Below are positions 31,514 through 42,171 of a DNA stretch of 64,000 nucleotides, one piece after another. The position numbers and the translations under genes are program-made. The DNA comes from Gemmatimonadales bacterium (GTDB lineage: Bacteria > Gemmatimonadota > Gemmatimonadetes > Gemmatimonadales > GWC2-71-9): NCBI GenBank assembly GCA_037189525.1, contig JBBCJC010000002.1:1351450-1415449 (forward strand), written 5' to 3'. Every line of letters begins with the position of its first letter. Positions within the stretch are counted from its first letter, which is position 1. The notes under the pieces were generated by a model. The model was not told the DNA's origin, ran no database searches, and saw only the letters and a list, made by a program, of their open reading frames with translations.

Positions 31514-33286
31514 GTGACAGTCCCACACAGCCGGTCGCGCCGCATGGCGCCGCCGAGTCCGCAGGGTGCGCCGTATGCGGCGCCCCACGCGCCGCACGCC
31601 GCCCTCCTGATCGACTTCGACAACGTGACCATGGGGATCCGCTCCGACCTGACCAAGGAGCTGAAGACCCTTCTCAACAGCGAGATCATTCGCGGTAAGG
31701 TCACCGTCCAGCGCGCCTACGCCGACTGGCGCCGCTACTCCCAGTATGTCATGCCGCTCACCGAGCGGTCGATCGACATGATCTGGGCCACCGCCGTCGG
31801 CGCCACCAAGAAGAACGCCACCGATATCCGCTTGGCGATCGACGCGATCGAACTGGTGTTTACCCGTCCCGAGATCGGCACCTTCATCGTCCTGTCGGGC
31901 GACAGCGATTTCTCCTCGCTGGTGCTCAAGCTCAAAGAGTACGGCAAGTATGTGATCGGGATCGGGATCCGCGAGTCGGCCAGCGACCTCCTGATCCAGA
32001 ACTGCGACGAGTACTACTCGTACAGTGAACTCGCCGGGCTGCACCGCGAGGTCGATGCGCCGAACGTACAGCGCGACCCCTGGGAACTGGTGCGCGAAGC
32101 CGTCGAGCAGATGGTCCGGCAGGATGACGTGCTCCGGTCCGATCGCCTCAAGCAGGTGATGCAGCAGCTCGATCCGAACTTCGACGAGCGGAATGCCGGC
32201 TTCAGCCGGTTCAGCAAGTTCGTCACGGAAGCGGCGACCCGCGGGCTGATCACGGTCAACAAGCTCGAGAACGGGCAGTACGAGGTCGGCCTGGGCGAAG
32301 GACGGGCCGCAGCGCCTGCTGCGGAGCCGGCGGCGGAACGGGAGCGCGATGGCGAGCGCCGCGGCCGCGGGCGAGGCCGAGGTCGCGACCGGGATCGGCG
32401 CGATCAGGACAAGGACAAAGAGAAAGAACGCAGCCCGCGGAGCGAGTCATCTGCGCAGCAGACAAACGGCCGAAAGCCGTCGGTCGCGCCGGATGCGCCG
32501 GTGGCCCCACCTAACGGGCAGTTGTCGCTCGGCTCCGCGTTCCATCTGCTCACCAAGGCCCTGGGCGAATTGCCCACCCCGGCGCAGCACGACCTGGTAC
32601 GCGCCCGGATGGCCGCACTCCACGGACGCGAAGATCCGCTGCTCGAGCCGGAACGGTTCGTCCGCTTCCTGCGCCAGGCCAACGACGCCGAGTTCGCGGA
32701 GGTGAAGCGCGCGGGTGACGACGCCTTCGAAGTCTCCCTGACCCGCTCGTCCCGTGCTCGGCTCGGCTCGAGCGCGCCGGCCGCGGCCACCGCACCGGTC
32801 GCGGGCGCGTCGCCTGCGTCGGTGGAACAGGCCGGCCAGACCTCGGGCGAGGAACGCCCGGCTGCGGAGCCGCCGGCGAGCGACGATGGCGCCGGGGCAC
32901 GAACCGCCATGGTGCGATTCCGCCGCGGTTCCCGGATGCCGGTCCGGCCTCCCGCGATCTCGCTGGTTGGCGTGGTCGAAACCGAAGCGGACACGGCGCC
33001 TGCTCCGGCCGCTGCCGCTCCGGTCACTGCGCCGACGGAGTCGCCGGTCGTAGAGTCCTCAGAAGCCGCGACGACCAAGAAGGCTCAGGCCAAGCGCGGT
33101 AGCCGCGGACGTTCGGCCAAGACGGCTAAGACGGCCAAGGCCGCCGGCAGTGCCAAGGCGGAAACGGTTGCGAAGGCAGCCAGTCCCACCCCCGCGCCTG
33201 CTGCGCCGGCAGCTGCGGAAGGAAAGTCGGCCGCGAAGTCACGGCCCCGTCGCGGTCGGAGCCGGACCGCCAAGAAGGCCGGCTGA
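31514..33286 (+). CDS. NYN (LabA/DUF88) domain protein with OST-HTH/LOTUS domain and low-complexity tail
   Basis: LLIDFDNV, KNATDIRLAID, SGDSDF, FDERNAGFSRFSKF. Confidence 0.88.
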   Translation: MTVPHSRSRRMAPPSPQGAPYAAPHAPHAALLIDFDNVTMGIRSDLTKELKTLLNSEIIRGKVTVQRAYADWRRYSQYVMPLTERSIDMIWATAVGATKKNATDIRLAIDAIELVFTRPEIGTFIVLSGDSDFSSLVLKLKEYGKYVIGIGIRESASDLLIQNCDEYYSYSELAGLHREVDAPNVQRDPWELVREAVEQMVRQDDVLRSDRLKQVMQQLDPNFDERNAGFSRFSKFVTEAATRGLITVNKLENGQYEVGLGEGRAAAPAAEPAAERERDGERRGRGRGRGRDRDRRDQDKDKEKERSPRSESSAQQTNGRKPSVAPDAPVAPPNGQLSLGSAFHLLTKALGELPTPAQHDLVRARMAALHGREDPLLEPERFVRFLRQANDAEFAEVKRAGDDAFEVSLTRSSRARLGSSAPAAATAPVAGASPASVEQAGQTSGEERPAAEPPASDDGAGARTAMVRFRRGSRMPVRPPAISLVGVVETEADTAPAPAAAAPVTAPTESPVVESSEAATTKKAQAKRGSRGRSAKTAKTAKAAGSAKAETVAKAASPTPAPAAPAAAEGKSAAKSRPRRGRSRTAKKAG

Positions 33287-33374
33287 CCCCGCGCTTTCTC
33301 CCTCGTCGAGGCCGGGGATGTCTCGGCCTCGACGAGTTCGTACACCTCTCAACTTCCGAGCGACCTCCCAGGCT

Positions 33375-33971
33375 GTGCCCAAGCTGAGCAGCCCGCTTCC
33401 CGACGAGTTCTTCATGCGAGACGCCGCCCTGGTGGCTCGTGAGCTGCTGGGCGCCGAACTCGTCACCGAGGTCGAAGGGCACGCCATCCGTGCCGTCATC
33501 CTCGAGACGGAAGCCTACCTGGGCTTTGACGACCCCGCATCGCACGCCTACCGTGGTCGTCGCCACGCCCAGAACGAAGGGCTCTATTCTCCGCCGGGGT
33601 ATTGGTACGTCTATCGGAGCTACGGGATCCATTGGTGCGCCAACCTCGTCACCGGCGTGCCCGCGGCCGGCGGGGCGGTGCTGCTTCGCTCGGTCCGCAT
33701 CATGGACGGCATGGAAGGAGCCGTCCGGCGTCGAGGGCCCGTGGCCTCGGCCCAGCTCAGCAACGGTCCCGGCAAACTCTGTCAGGCGCTCGGCATCGAT
33801 CGAAGCCTCGATGGCCGGTTGATGCGGACCTCATGGGCGCGGGTCTATCCGGCCACCGCGCCGGTCGCCGAAGTGGAGGTGACTCCGCGAATCGGGATCA
33901 GCCGCGCGGTCGACTGGCCGCTCCGGTTTGTCGTAATACCGAATCCTCAACGCAAACGGGGCGGCCGATGA
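33375..33971 (+). CDS. DNA-3-methyladenine glycosylase (MPG/AAG family)
   Basis: VARELLG, ILETEAY, YVY.SYGIHWC.N, NGPGKLCQALGI, TPRIGIS. Confidence 0.92.
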   Translation: MPKLSSPLPDEFFMRDAALVARELLGAELVTEVEGHAIRAVILETEAYLGFDDPASHAYRGRRHAQNEGLYSPPGYWYVYRSYGIHWCANLVTGVPAAGGAVLLRSVRIMDGMEGAVRRRGPVASAQLSNGPGKLCQALGIDRSLDGRLMRTSWARVYPATAPVAEVEVTPRIGISRAVDWPLRFVVIPNPQRKRGGR

Positions 33972-34004
33972 GGCCGCCCCGTTCGTTTGTCGGTTGAGGA
34001 GCGC

Positions 34005-34664
34005 TCAGTAGCCGCCGCCCTTGATCCCTTCTTTGGCGCTGCCGAGCGAGACCCGAATGCCGCCGGTAACCGAGTGGCCCGAGCCCCGGAGCAACTTGCC
34101 CGCGGCCGGCGCGCTGTGCAGCTGATACTGGCCGAACACGACCAGCCGATCGAGCCGGGTCTGAACGCCCAGAACCGCCGCGAGGAATCCGCTGGTCGAC
34201 CGCTCGTCCGCATCGGCCTTGGTCACCGCCGCGTGCTGCGGCGAGGTGAAGAAGCCCAGGGGCTGCGGGTCGATCACCTGGACCAGGCCGAAGCCGAGAC
34301 CGACATACGGCTGGGTGTTACCCGGGACCGGGAAGGCGGTCAGCACCGCCGTGTACTTCCGAATCCGGTCGAAGGAGACCTCGCGGACCCCATTGTTGGC
34401 GACCGATTGGCCAAAGCCGGAAGTTTCCGACTTGCCGAGCGCCTCGTCGACCGACAGGATCAGGCCCGACCGCTTGGCGACGATCAGCAGGTGCCCGCCG
34501 ACCGACGGCGACCAGGACCGGGTCTGAATCGGGGTTTCGAAGCCGAGCATGCCGCCCTGGCCGCCGATATACCACTTGAATGAGTCGTCGCGCTGAGCCG
34601 AGACCGGCGCCGACAGGACGAGCAGGCCCGCGAAGGCCGCACCAAGGACTTGAACAGGACGCAT
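34005..34664 (-). CDS. Secreted outer-membrane beta-barrel-like protein
   Basis: Signal peptide ending VSA-Q; PYVGLGFG strand pattern. Confidence 0.65.
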   Translation of the reverse strand: MRPVQVLGAAFAGLLVLSAPVSAQRDDSFKWYIGGQGGMLGFETPIQTRSWSPSVGGHLLIVAKRSGLILSVDEALGKSETSGFGQSVANNGVREVSFDRIRKYTAVLTAFPVPGNTQPYVGLGFGLVQVIDPQPLGFFTSPQHAAVTKADADERSTSGFLAAVLGVQTRLDRLVVFGQYQLHSAPAAGKLLRGSGHSVTGGIRVSLGSAKEGIKGGGY

Positions 34665-34971
34665 CTGTACGGCCTCCCTGCCTCTTGCGATAGGGTATGA
34701 GACACGGGGCTCTGTGGCAAAGGCCGTGCTCAGGCCATTTCCTGCACCGTTTCGACATGGTATGTCATGTTTTTGTGGGGTTAGCTAGAGGCGTTTCTCT
34801 ACGTATCTCATTGTCTTTAAATGAGATATGGAGAGGTGCAGCGCAGGAATACTACTGTATCGTTTTTGGCTGGCCGTCGTCTGGTAATTGGCAGGATAGG
34901 TCGGCGGGCCGGCTTTTTCGAGGGTTCGTGAGGAACGCGAGAGGGGTGTCTCGCGTTCCGCCACGACCAGT

Positions 34972-36171
34972 TCAGATCAAGTTGAGGCGCTTGCCGACCT
35001 TGGCAAAGGCCCGGAGTGCCTCCTCGAGGTCGTCCCGGGTATGGGCCGCCGAGATCTGGCAGCGGACCCGGGCCGTGCCCTGCGGGACCACCGGGAACCC
35101 GAACCCGGTGACGAAGACCCCCTCCTCCAGCAGCAGCTCGCTCATCCGGATGGCGGCCGCCGTCTCGCCGATGATGACGGGGATGATCGGGGTCTCCCCC
35201 TCCAACGGCTTGAAGCCCAGCTCCTGGAGCGCGCCCCGGAAGTAGCGGGCGTTGTCCTGCAGCCGGGTGGCCAGCTCGGGATGGGCTTCCAGGTGTTCGA
35301 TCGCGGCCAGCCCGGCCGCCGCAACCGGGGCCGGCAGCGCGTTGGTGAAGAGCTGCGGCCGTGCTCGCTGGATCAGGTAGTCGGTGACCTCGTGCGACCC
35401 CGCCACGAAGCCGCCCGCGCCGCCCGAGAGCGCCTTGCCCAGCGTCGTCGTGATGATGTCGACCTCGCCGACCAGGTTGAAATGCTCGGCGGTGCCGCGG
35501 CCGGTCTTGCCCAGGACGCCGGTCGAGTGGCTGTCGTCCATCACCACGATCGCGCCGTGCTTGCGGCAGACGGTGAGCAGATCCGGAAGATTGACGATGC
35601 TGCCTTCCATCGAGAAGACGCCGTCGGTCACCACCATTTTGATCTTGCGATCTTTGGCCGCCGCCAGCTTGGCATCAAGGTCGGCCATGTCGTTATGGGT
35701 GTAGACTCCCGTCTGACATTTAGTGATGGCCTTGGCGAGCCGGATGCCGTCGATGATCGACGCGTGGTTGAGCTGATCGCTCAGGACCAGGTCGTCCTCG
35801 GTGAGCAGCGTGCCGGGAAAGGCCTCGTTGGCGTTCCAGCAGCTCATGAACGAGAGCGACGACGGCGTGCCCACCAGGCGTGCCAGCGCGGCCTCGAGTT
35901 CGCGGTGAATCGTCAGCGTTCCGCAGATGAACCGGACCGACGCGGAGCCGGCGCCGAACTTGTCGAACGCGGCCTTGCCGGCGTTGACGACCGCGGGCTC
36001 GTTGCAAAGGCCGAGATAGTTGTTCGACGAGAGGATGATGACCTCGCCTCGGCCTTCCATGGTCACGCGCGCGGCCTGGGGGCTGTCCAGGTAGTTGAGG
36101 CGCTTGTAGACGCCGTCGGCCCGGAACTGTTCGAGCTGCGCACCCAGTCGTTGATCAAGCAGGTTGGTCAT
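34972..36171 (-). CDS. kbl: Glycine C-acetyltransferase (2-amino-3-ketobutyrate CoA ligase)
   Basis: SNNYLGL, SVRFICGT, NHASIIDG, TDGVFSM, TLGKA; coupled to tdh. Confidence 0.93.
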   Translation of the reverse strand: MTNLLDQRLGAQLEQFRADGVYKRLNYLDSPQAARVTMEGRGEVIILSSNNYLGLCNEPAVVNAGKAAFDKFGAGSASVRFICGTLTIHRELEAALARLVGTPSSLSFMSCWNANEAFPGTLLTEDDLVLSDQLNHASIIDGIRLAKAITKCQTGVYTHNDMADLDAKLAAAKDRKIKMVVTDGVFSMEGSIVNLPDLLTVCRKHGAIVVMDDSHSTGVLGKTGRGTAEHFNLVGEVDIITTTLGKALSGGAGGFVAGSHEVTDYLIQRARPQLFTNALPAPVAAAGLAAIEHLEAHPELATRLQDNARYFRGALQELGFKPLEGETPIIPVIIGETAAAIRMSELLLEEGVFVTGFGFPVVPQGTARVRCQISAAHTRDDLEEALRAFAKVGKRLNLI

Positions 36172-37211
36172 GAGGCAATCTCCAGGATCACTTTGCCCGC
36201 CTGGCCTTCCTTGATGACGGCAATGGCGTCGGCGATCTGTTCGAGCGGGAAGCGATGGGTAATGACGGGACGAGGGTCGAACTGGCCGCTCCGGATCAAG
36301 CGGGCCATGGTGTTCCAGGTGCCGTACATCTTGCGGCCCGTGACGCCGTAGATGGTGAGACCCCGGAAAATGATTTCCTTCGCAAAGTCGACTTCGGTGC
36401 TCTTGCTCGGCGTGCCCAGCATATTGACCCGGCCGCCCAGACGGGCGGAGCGGAAGGCCTGGGCATGACCGGCCGGATGACCGCTCATTTCGCAGACCAG
36501 GTCGACACCGATGCCGCCGGTCGCTTCGAGGATCCGGGCGTCGACGTCGTCACGGCTCGGGTTGAGCGTCAGGTGGGCGCCCATTTGCTTGGCGAGATCG
36601 AGCCGAACGTCGTTGAAATCGCTGGCGATGACCAGTGACGCGCCGGCCGCGCGGGCAACTCCGGCGGCAAAGCACCCGATTGGTCCGCATCCGATGACCA
36701 GCACCGTCGAGCTCGGGACTTCGGCCCCTTCGAAGACGGTGTGTACCCCGTTGCCGACCGCGTCCATGATGGCGCCGGTTTCGACCGGAATACCGTCGAG
36801 CGGGACGATGTTGCTGGCCGGCATGCTGATGTAGTCGGCAAAGGCGCCGTCGCGATCGACGCCGATGATCTTGGTCTGTTTGCAGAGATGGCCCGCACCG
36901 GTCCGGCACTGCAGGCAGACCCCGCAGACGATGTGCCCTTCAGCGGTGACGAGCTGGCCGACCGAGAGGATTCCCGATTTCGCTGCCTCCTCGCCGATGG
37001 CGGCGATCTCTCCCGCGAACTCGTGACCGATGGTCACGGGCGGGTGCATTCGGGTGCTGGCCCAGCGATCCCACTCCCAGATATGGAGATCGGTGCCGCA
37101 AACGCCCGCGGCGTGGACTTTGATGAGTACGTCGGAAGGACCACAGGTGGGAATCGGTACGTCTTCGAGGGTCATGCCGACCCCTCGAGTCGTTTTGACG
37201 ATGGCGCGCAT
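36168..37211 (-). CDS. tdh: L-threonine 3-dehydrogenase
   Basis: CGTDLHIW.W, GHEF, EGHIVCG.C..C, G.TGRKMY.TW. Confidence 0.93.
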   Translation of the reverse strand: MRAIVKTTRGVGMTLEDVPIPTCGPSDVLIKVHAAGVCGTDLHIWEWDRWASTRMHPPVTIGHEFAGEIAAIGEEAAKSGILSVGQLVTAEGHIVCGVCLQCRTGAGHLCKQTKIIGVDRDGAFADYISMPASNIVPLDGIPVETGAIMDAVGNGVHTVFEGAEVPSSTVLVIGCGPIGCFAAGVARAAGASLVIASDFNDVRLDLAKQMGAHLTLNPSRDDVDARILEATGGIGVDLVCEMSGHPAGHAQAFRSARLGGRVNMLGTPSKSTEVDFAKEIIFRGLTIYGVTGRKMYGTWNTMARLIRSGQFDPRPVITHRFPLEQIADAIAVIKEGQAGKVILEIAS

Positions 37212-37315
37212 GGATCTCGAAGGAAAAAACCGCGGTCAAGATAGTCGGGATGGGAGACCGGAGTAAGACGCGCCGCGGGGCGGAGCCGGTATTCCGGTCC
37301 GCCCCGCTCAGGTCA

Positions 37316-37495
37316 TCAATCGTCGTCGCCGTCGGGACCGATCGGCCGCGATCGCCATGATTCGTCGTAGATCCGCCGGCGAACCATGATGATCTCGACC
37401 CGGGAGGCGTCGTCCAACCGGCCCGCGGTACGCGACGCCGCAGGGTGCCAGGCGATGGCGACCGGATGGATCGCAAAGGAATGAGAGGTGAACAT
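37316..37495 (-). CDS. Small hypothetical protein (59 aa)
   Basis: AGGAGG 5 nt before ATG; GC hairpin at 37275-37307 after the stop. Confidence 0.45.
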   Translation of the reverse strand: MFTSHSFAIHPVAIAWHPAASRTAGRLDDASRVEIIMVRRRIYDESWRSRPIGPDGDDD

Positions 37496-37580
37496 GGCTG
37501 CCTCCTGGCTGGGCTCGCAGAGCCGTTCTAACCAAGGAGACGTGTTCGACTCTCGGTCTGACACACCGCGCCAGAAAGCG

Positions 37581-38495
37581 TCAGCGGATCGACGTCAGTG
37601 AGGCGCCTGGGGGAACCGGAGGACCGCTCAGCAGCAGGCCCCGAAGACCCTGGCCGGAAGTTTTGGTGACGGGGTCGCCGGTGGGGGTGATCCGCTGCCA
37701 GTCGGGGTAGTGACTCAGATACCCTTCCGGCGGAATGTCGGCATCGGAACTCACCAGGGCATGCAGCCCTTCGGGGGCGGTGCGCTGCTGGGCCTGCAGG
37801 ATCAAGGTGCGCTGGCGCTCGCGAGACAGGGGCGCCACGGCGGCGGCGTCCATCACTACCAGATGAAAGGGGCCTGTTACATCACCGGGAAGCCAACCTC
37901 CACCCAGCTTCACGACATAGACGCAGCACTGTCCGCTCAGAGACTCCGACGCCAGCTTCCCCTCGATCCGATCCGCGGCATTGCTGTCGCCGACCAGGCA
38001 CTTGAGCTCCGTGTCATGAGCCGCCAGCAGGTACGCCGCCTGCTCGGCGCCGCCGCCGACCACCAGGACCCGGTCGCCCGGCTCGAGACGGGGCAATACC
38101 TGCGACACGGGGTCGGTGGTGCGGATGCCCCAGCGGGTCGGATTTCGCTGGGCCTCGCGGAGTGGCAGGATCTTGGAGCGCCACTTCCGGAATGACGGGA
38201 GGTTGAGCCGCTTGATGATCTGCTGGTCGACCGTTTCCTGCATCAGCATCTCGGTCAGCACGAACTGATCGTCGGCGCCACCCTGGAGTTCCCGCGCGGC
38301 AACATCACCCAGGCGCAACAGTTCCTCGCGGCTCAGCGAGTCCTTGTAGTCCTCGATTCGTTGCATGAGATAGGCGCGATACTGCTGTTCCAAAGACGGC
38401 AGGGAACGAATCCGCTTCGGAGAGGACTGCGTCTGGGCGTCGAGTTGCGTAGCAGTCAGCACAGTAGTGAGGGGTCCGGCTTCGCAATATAGCAA
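37581..38495 (-). CDS. Hypothetical protein with SAM-methyltransferase-like C-terminal fold (true start probably downstream)
   Basis: GDRVLVVGGGAE..AYLLA motif I-like; GPFHLVV; APEGLH. Confidence 0.55.
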   Translation of the reverse strand: MLYCEAGPLTTVLTATQLDAQTQSSPKRIRSLPSLEQQYRAYLMQRIEDYKDSLSREELLRLGDVAARELQGGADDQFVLTEMLMQETVDQQIIKRLNLPSFRKWRSKILPLREAQRNPTRWGIRTTDPVSQVLPRLEPGDRVLVVGGGAEQAAYLLAAHDTELKCLVGDSNAADRIEGKLASESLSGQCCVYVVKLGGGWLPGDVTGPFHLVVMDAAAVAPLSRERQRTLILQAQQRTAPEGLHALVSSDADIPPEGYLSHYPDWQRITPTGDPVTKTSGQGLRGLLLSGPPVPPGASLTSIR

Positions 38496-38753
38496 CGCGT
38501 TGCCGATGCAAGCGAGAGGGCCACTGCACCGTAATTCCGCTCAACCACTCGGGCTTCACAGGGCCCGAACAAATTCCGAAAAGCTTGGCTCGATGTTTGG
38601 GTGATTACGAGTTCGGTCATCGATGCAGGCAGTTGCGACGGGTCGCAGGGTGCGCATCGGCTTCGGGCCGGTGGGCGTCGGCTGTTGCTGTCGCGGTCGG
38701 GGAGTGGGCGCGCTAGGAAACCCGGCGCGATCTCCCCTTCGCGTCGGATTTCG

Positions 38754-39914
38754 TCAGTCGACCCGCAGGATCACGCCTTTGAGGTAACCCGTTTCCGGGA
38801 TGGTGACGATTTCGGGATGGTCGATCGGCTGCGGCAGGTGGTCGATCATGGTCACCCGGCGCCCGCTGTCGGCTGCTGCGTCGGTGATCATTGCCAGGAA
38901 TTCCGGCCAGCGGACGTGAAAGGAGCAGGACGCCGACACCAGGGTGCCGCCCGGCCGCACCAGTCGCATCGCATGCAGGTTGATGTCTTTATAGCCGCGA
39001 AGCGCTTTGGGAACCGAGGCTTTCGATTTGGCAAACGCTGGTGGATCGACCACGACGACATCGAATCGGACTCGTCCGCGATCCATCTCTCGCAGCGCAT
39101 CGAAGGCGTCCGCTTCGCGCCACTCGAGATTGGTAAAGCCGTTCAGTTCGGCGTTGCGCCGGCCCCGCTCCAGTGCGCCGCCACTGATGTCGAGGGCAAC
39201 CACTCGGCTGGCGTGGCGGGCAAGGTGCAGCGCGAACGATCCGTGATAGCTGAAGCAATCGAGGCCGGTGCCGCCATCGGGCATCGCCGCCGCCGCGCGC
39301 ATCCGGTTGCTGCGCTGATCGAGAAATGCGCCGGTTTTCTGGCCCGTCCTGAGGGGGACCAGGTAGCGCACCGATCCCTCGCGTACCTCGACCTCCTCCG
39401 GAACCTCACCCGCACCCACCACGACTTCCTCGACCAGTCCCTCATGCCGGCGGACCGGCGCATCGTTCCGGAGCAGGATGCCCTCGGGACCGAGGACGCG
39501 TTCGATCGCGACGAGGATGTCCGCGCGGCAGGACTCGAGGCCGGCGCTCAGCAACTGGACAGTTACCCAGCGATCGTAGCGGTCGATCACCAGAGACGGG
39601 AGGCCGTCGCCCTCGCCGTGGACGACGCGGTAGCCCGAGGCGTCGATGCCGTCCCGTCGCCCGAGTGCCTCACGGAGTCGCGCGGTCCACCAGTCTGCGT
39701 CGATCGTGGCATCGGCGCGTCGGTCAAGCAGCCGCAAGCGAATCTCCGAGCGCGGCGAGTAAAGGGCGGTGCCGAGCCGCTTGCCGCGCTGATCCGAAAC
39801 GACGACGATGCCGGGAGGCCCTTCCTCACGGATTACGTCGCTGGCAAAGATCCAAGGATGCTGGCGAGCCCAGCGGAGCGCCCCGCGCTGGCTGACACGA
39901 ATTTCGGTCGACAT
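38754..39914 (-). CDS. rlmI: Class I SAM-dependent rRNA methyltransferase, RlmI type
   Basis: HPWIF PUA domain, GEGDGLP.L.IDRY, GQKTG.FLDQR.NR, DPPAF. Confidence 0.88.
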   Translation of the reverse strand: MSTEIRVSQRGALRWARQHPWIFASDVIREEGPPGIVVVSDQRGKRLGTALYSPRSEIRLRLLDRRADATIDADWWTARLREALGRRDGIDASGYRVVHGEGDGLPSLVIDRYDRWVTVQLLSAGLESCRADILVAIERVLGPEGILLRNDAPVRRHEGLVEEVVVGAGEVPEEVEVREGSVRYLVPLRTGQKTGAFLDQRSNRMRAAAAMPDGGTGLDCFSYHGSFALHLARHASRVVALDISGGALERGRRNAELNGFTNLEWREADAFDALREMDRGRVRFDVVVVDPPAFAKSKASVPKALRGYKDINLHAMRLVRPGGTLVSASCSFHVRWPEFLAMITDAAADSGRRVTMIDHLPQPIDHPEIVTIPETGYLKGVILRVD

Positions 39915-40029
39915 CGGGCGGAATCTAGCGTGGTCGCCCGCAGTGTGAGCGGGCCGTATCATGATCCGGAAACGACCACCGGGCGACCGAAGGTGATCGG
40001 CCGCCCGGCGGATGCGAAGAGTCAGGTGA

Positions 40030-42171
40030 TCAGGGGAATCGGGTGCACGGCAGCGCCGCGGCACGGATTGCGTGACCGCCGGTTTCCGAGTCGTCGGCCC
40101 AGAACACCGGCTTTTGCCCGGCCACGCAGGCGGCCTGCGTCGCGATGCCGAGTCCTTCGTTGTTCAGGTTCGGCATGCCGGTCGGCCGCTCGAAGAGGCG
40201 GGTCACGATGAAGCGACCGAGCGAAGCCGATCCGGCCTGGGGGTCGATCTCGAGCGTAGCAGTGCGGCCCTGGCAGCCGTCGTCGCAGAGGGCCCAGAGG
40301 TAGCCCAGCTCGCGGTCGAAGCTCAGATCCATCACCCCGACGAAGCCGCTTACGATCGTCGCGACGCGGGTAAACCCGCCGGTCGCGTGATCGAGCGCGT
40401 AGCCGTAGACCCCGCCGTTGGCTTCGACGCCGACGAAGAAGAGCCCGGTGCCGTGGTTGGGATAGTCGGCCGGATTGTATGCGCGGCCGGCGGCCTCGTC
40501 GAAGAAGCCGCGGTTGACCAGGAACGAATCCGGGACCCAGGTGATGGCTTCGATACCCAGGTTGGCACCGACAGCCGGCAGGTCCGCAGTCAGGTCCCAG
40601 GCATGGGTTGCGATCAGCGTGGCGCCCGCCTGGTCCGCATCGAACCGCAGCACGGTGTTCCGGCTGATGGAGCTGGCCTGGTTGCTCCGTTCGGTGGCAA
40701 TATAGAGTCCGTCTGCGGAGCCGGCGGCGCCGATGGTGATGCCCTCGGCGTCGGGATCGCCGCTGCCGTCAGGGTAGCGGACCGCTTTCCCAGCGCTCCA
40801 GTCGTTGGTGGAGTCGGGGGTCCAGATGGTGCCGTTCCAGGTCAGCCGGAAAATGGCGCCCGGGCCGTTGCGCGCCGCCCAGAGGACCGGACCGCTGGTG
40901 GTCGACTCGTATACCAGGCCGCTCAGGTTGCCGTTGAAGACGTTGACGCCGTCGGCGGTGGTCACGGTGTTCGACCCCGGCCACGGATTGGCAGAGGGGC
41001 CGGAGCTGGTGTCGCAGACGTTCGCGGCGCCCTTGGTCGATGCGGTGGTTGCTGCGAACTCACCGGTACCATCCGGGCAGCGGCCGTAGGTGATCGGCGC
41101 GTGTGTGGTCCAGGTATAGGAGTCGACGATCGTGCCGGTCGGAGAGAAGAGGCGCACGGCATCGGCGCCGCCCAGACCGTAATCGAGCGCCGCTTCTTCG
41201 ATCACAAGGAACGCGCCCGGCGCGAGCGTGGTCCCGGCCGGAATAGTGTAGGTGTGGCTATCGTCGTTGTCGCGCACGATGAAGCCCGACAGGTCCGCAG
41301 TCGTCGATCCGGGATTGTAGAGCTCGACCCAATCGCCCGGCGTGCCGCCGTTCGACTCGATCTCGTTGATCCGAACAGCGGCGCTGGCCGGGCTGCAATC
41401 GTTGGCCGCGCCCTTGGTCGAACTCGAGGTCGTGATGAACTCGCCGGTGCCATTGGGGCAGCGGCCGTAGGTGGTCGCTGCGTGGCTGGTCCATTCGTGG
41501 GAGGTGATCAGCACCTCGAACGGATTGTAGAGTCGCACCGCGTCGGCGCCGCCCAGGCCGTAGCCGAGCAAGGCTTCTTCGACGACGTAATACGCGCCTG
41601 CGGCGACGATGGTGTTGGCCGGAATCACCGCCCGGTGGGTGTCGTCGTTGTCACGGACGATCCAGCCGGAGAGATCGATTGCGGCGCCGGTCGGATTGAA
41701 GAGTTCGATCCAGTCGCCCGGGGTGCCGCCGTTCGATTCGATTTCGTTGATGACGATTGCCGGGGGCGCGGTGACCGTGATGGCACGCTGCCCGGACTTG
41801 TCGCCCGAACTCGCCACGATATTGGCCGTACCGGGAGCGACGCCCGTCACCACACCCGCCGCGTTCACGCTCGCGATGGCCGGCGCCGAGGATGACCAGG
41901 TTACCGCGTCGAGCGAGAACGGATTGCCTTTTTGATCGACGCCGCTTGCGGTAGCGTTGGTGGTCTGGCCGAGCGCCAGCGATGTCGCAGACAGGGTAAC
42001 GGTGATCGTGGACAGGGAGGGCGGGGGCGGCGGCGGATCGGTCGGGATCCGTTCCTGACAGGCGGCAACGCCGATCGTCGCCAGGGCCAGGAATGCCTGA
42101 CGCACGAGGCGAACACGGGGGGCAGCGTTCACGGGCTCAACTCCGGGATGTGAGAGGTCGACGGGGTCCAT
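40030..42171 (-). CDS. Lipoprotein with Ig-like (Big_2), two lamin-tail domains and a C-terminal propeller
   Basis: Lipobox VAAC; WSSSAPAIASVN; duplicated INEIESNGG..GDW.EL.NP. Confidence 0.8.
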   Translation of the reverse strand: MDPVDLSHPGVEPVNAAPRVRLVRQAFLALATIGVAACQERIPTDPPPPPPSLSTITVTLSATSLALGQTTNATASGVDQKGNPFSLDAVTWSSSAPAIASVNAAGVVTGVAPGTANIVASSGDKSGQRAITVTAPPAIVINEIESNGGTPGDWIELFNPTGAAIDLSGWIVRDNDDTHRAVIPANTIVAAGAYYVVEEALLGYGLGGADAVRLYNPFEVLITSHEWTSHAATTYGRCPNGTGEFITTSSSTKGAANDCSPASAAVRINEIESNGGTPGDWVELYNPGSTTADLSGFIVRDNDDSHTYTIPAGTTLAPGAFLVIEEAALDYGLGGADAVRLFSPTGTIVDSYTWTTHAPITYGRCPDGTGEFAATTASTKGAANVCDTSSGPSANPWPGSNTVTTADGVNVFNGNLSGLVYESTTSGPVLWAARNGPGAIFRLTWNGTIWTPDSTNDWSAGKAVRYPDGSGDPDAEGITIGAAGSADGLYIATERSNQASSISRNTVLRFDADQAGATLIATHAWDLTADLPAVGANLGIEAITWVPDSFLVNRGFFDEAAGRAYNPADYPNHGTGLFFVGVEANGGVYGYALDHATGGFTRVATIVSGFVGVMDLSFDRELGYLWALCDDGCQGRTATLEIDPQAGSASLGRFIVTRLFERPTGMPNLNNEGLGIATQAACVAGQKPVFWADDSETGGHAIRAAALPCTRFP

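Noticed and set aside
41030..41760. Internal DNA repeat as a mobile or CRISPR-like element
   Set aside because: It is the duplicated lamin-tail domain within one ORF; no CRISPR array or cas gene was seen anywhere in the window.
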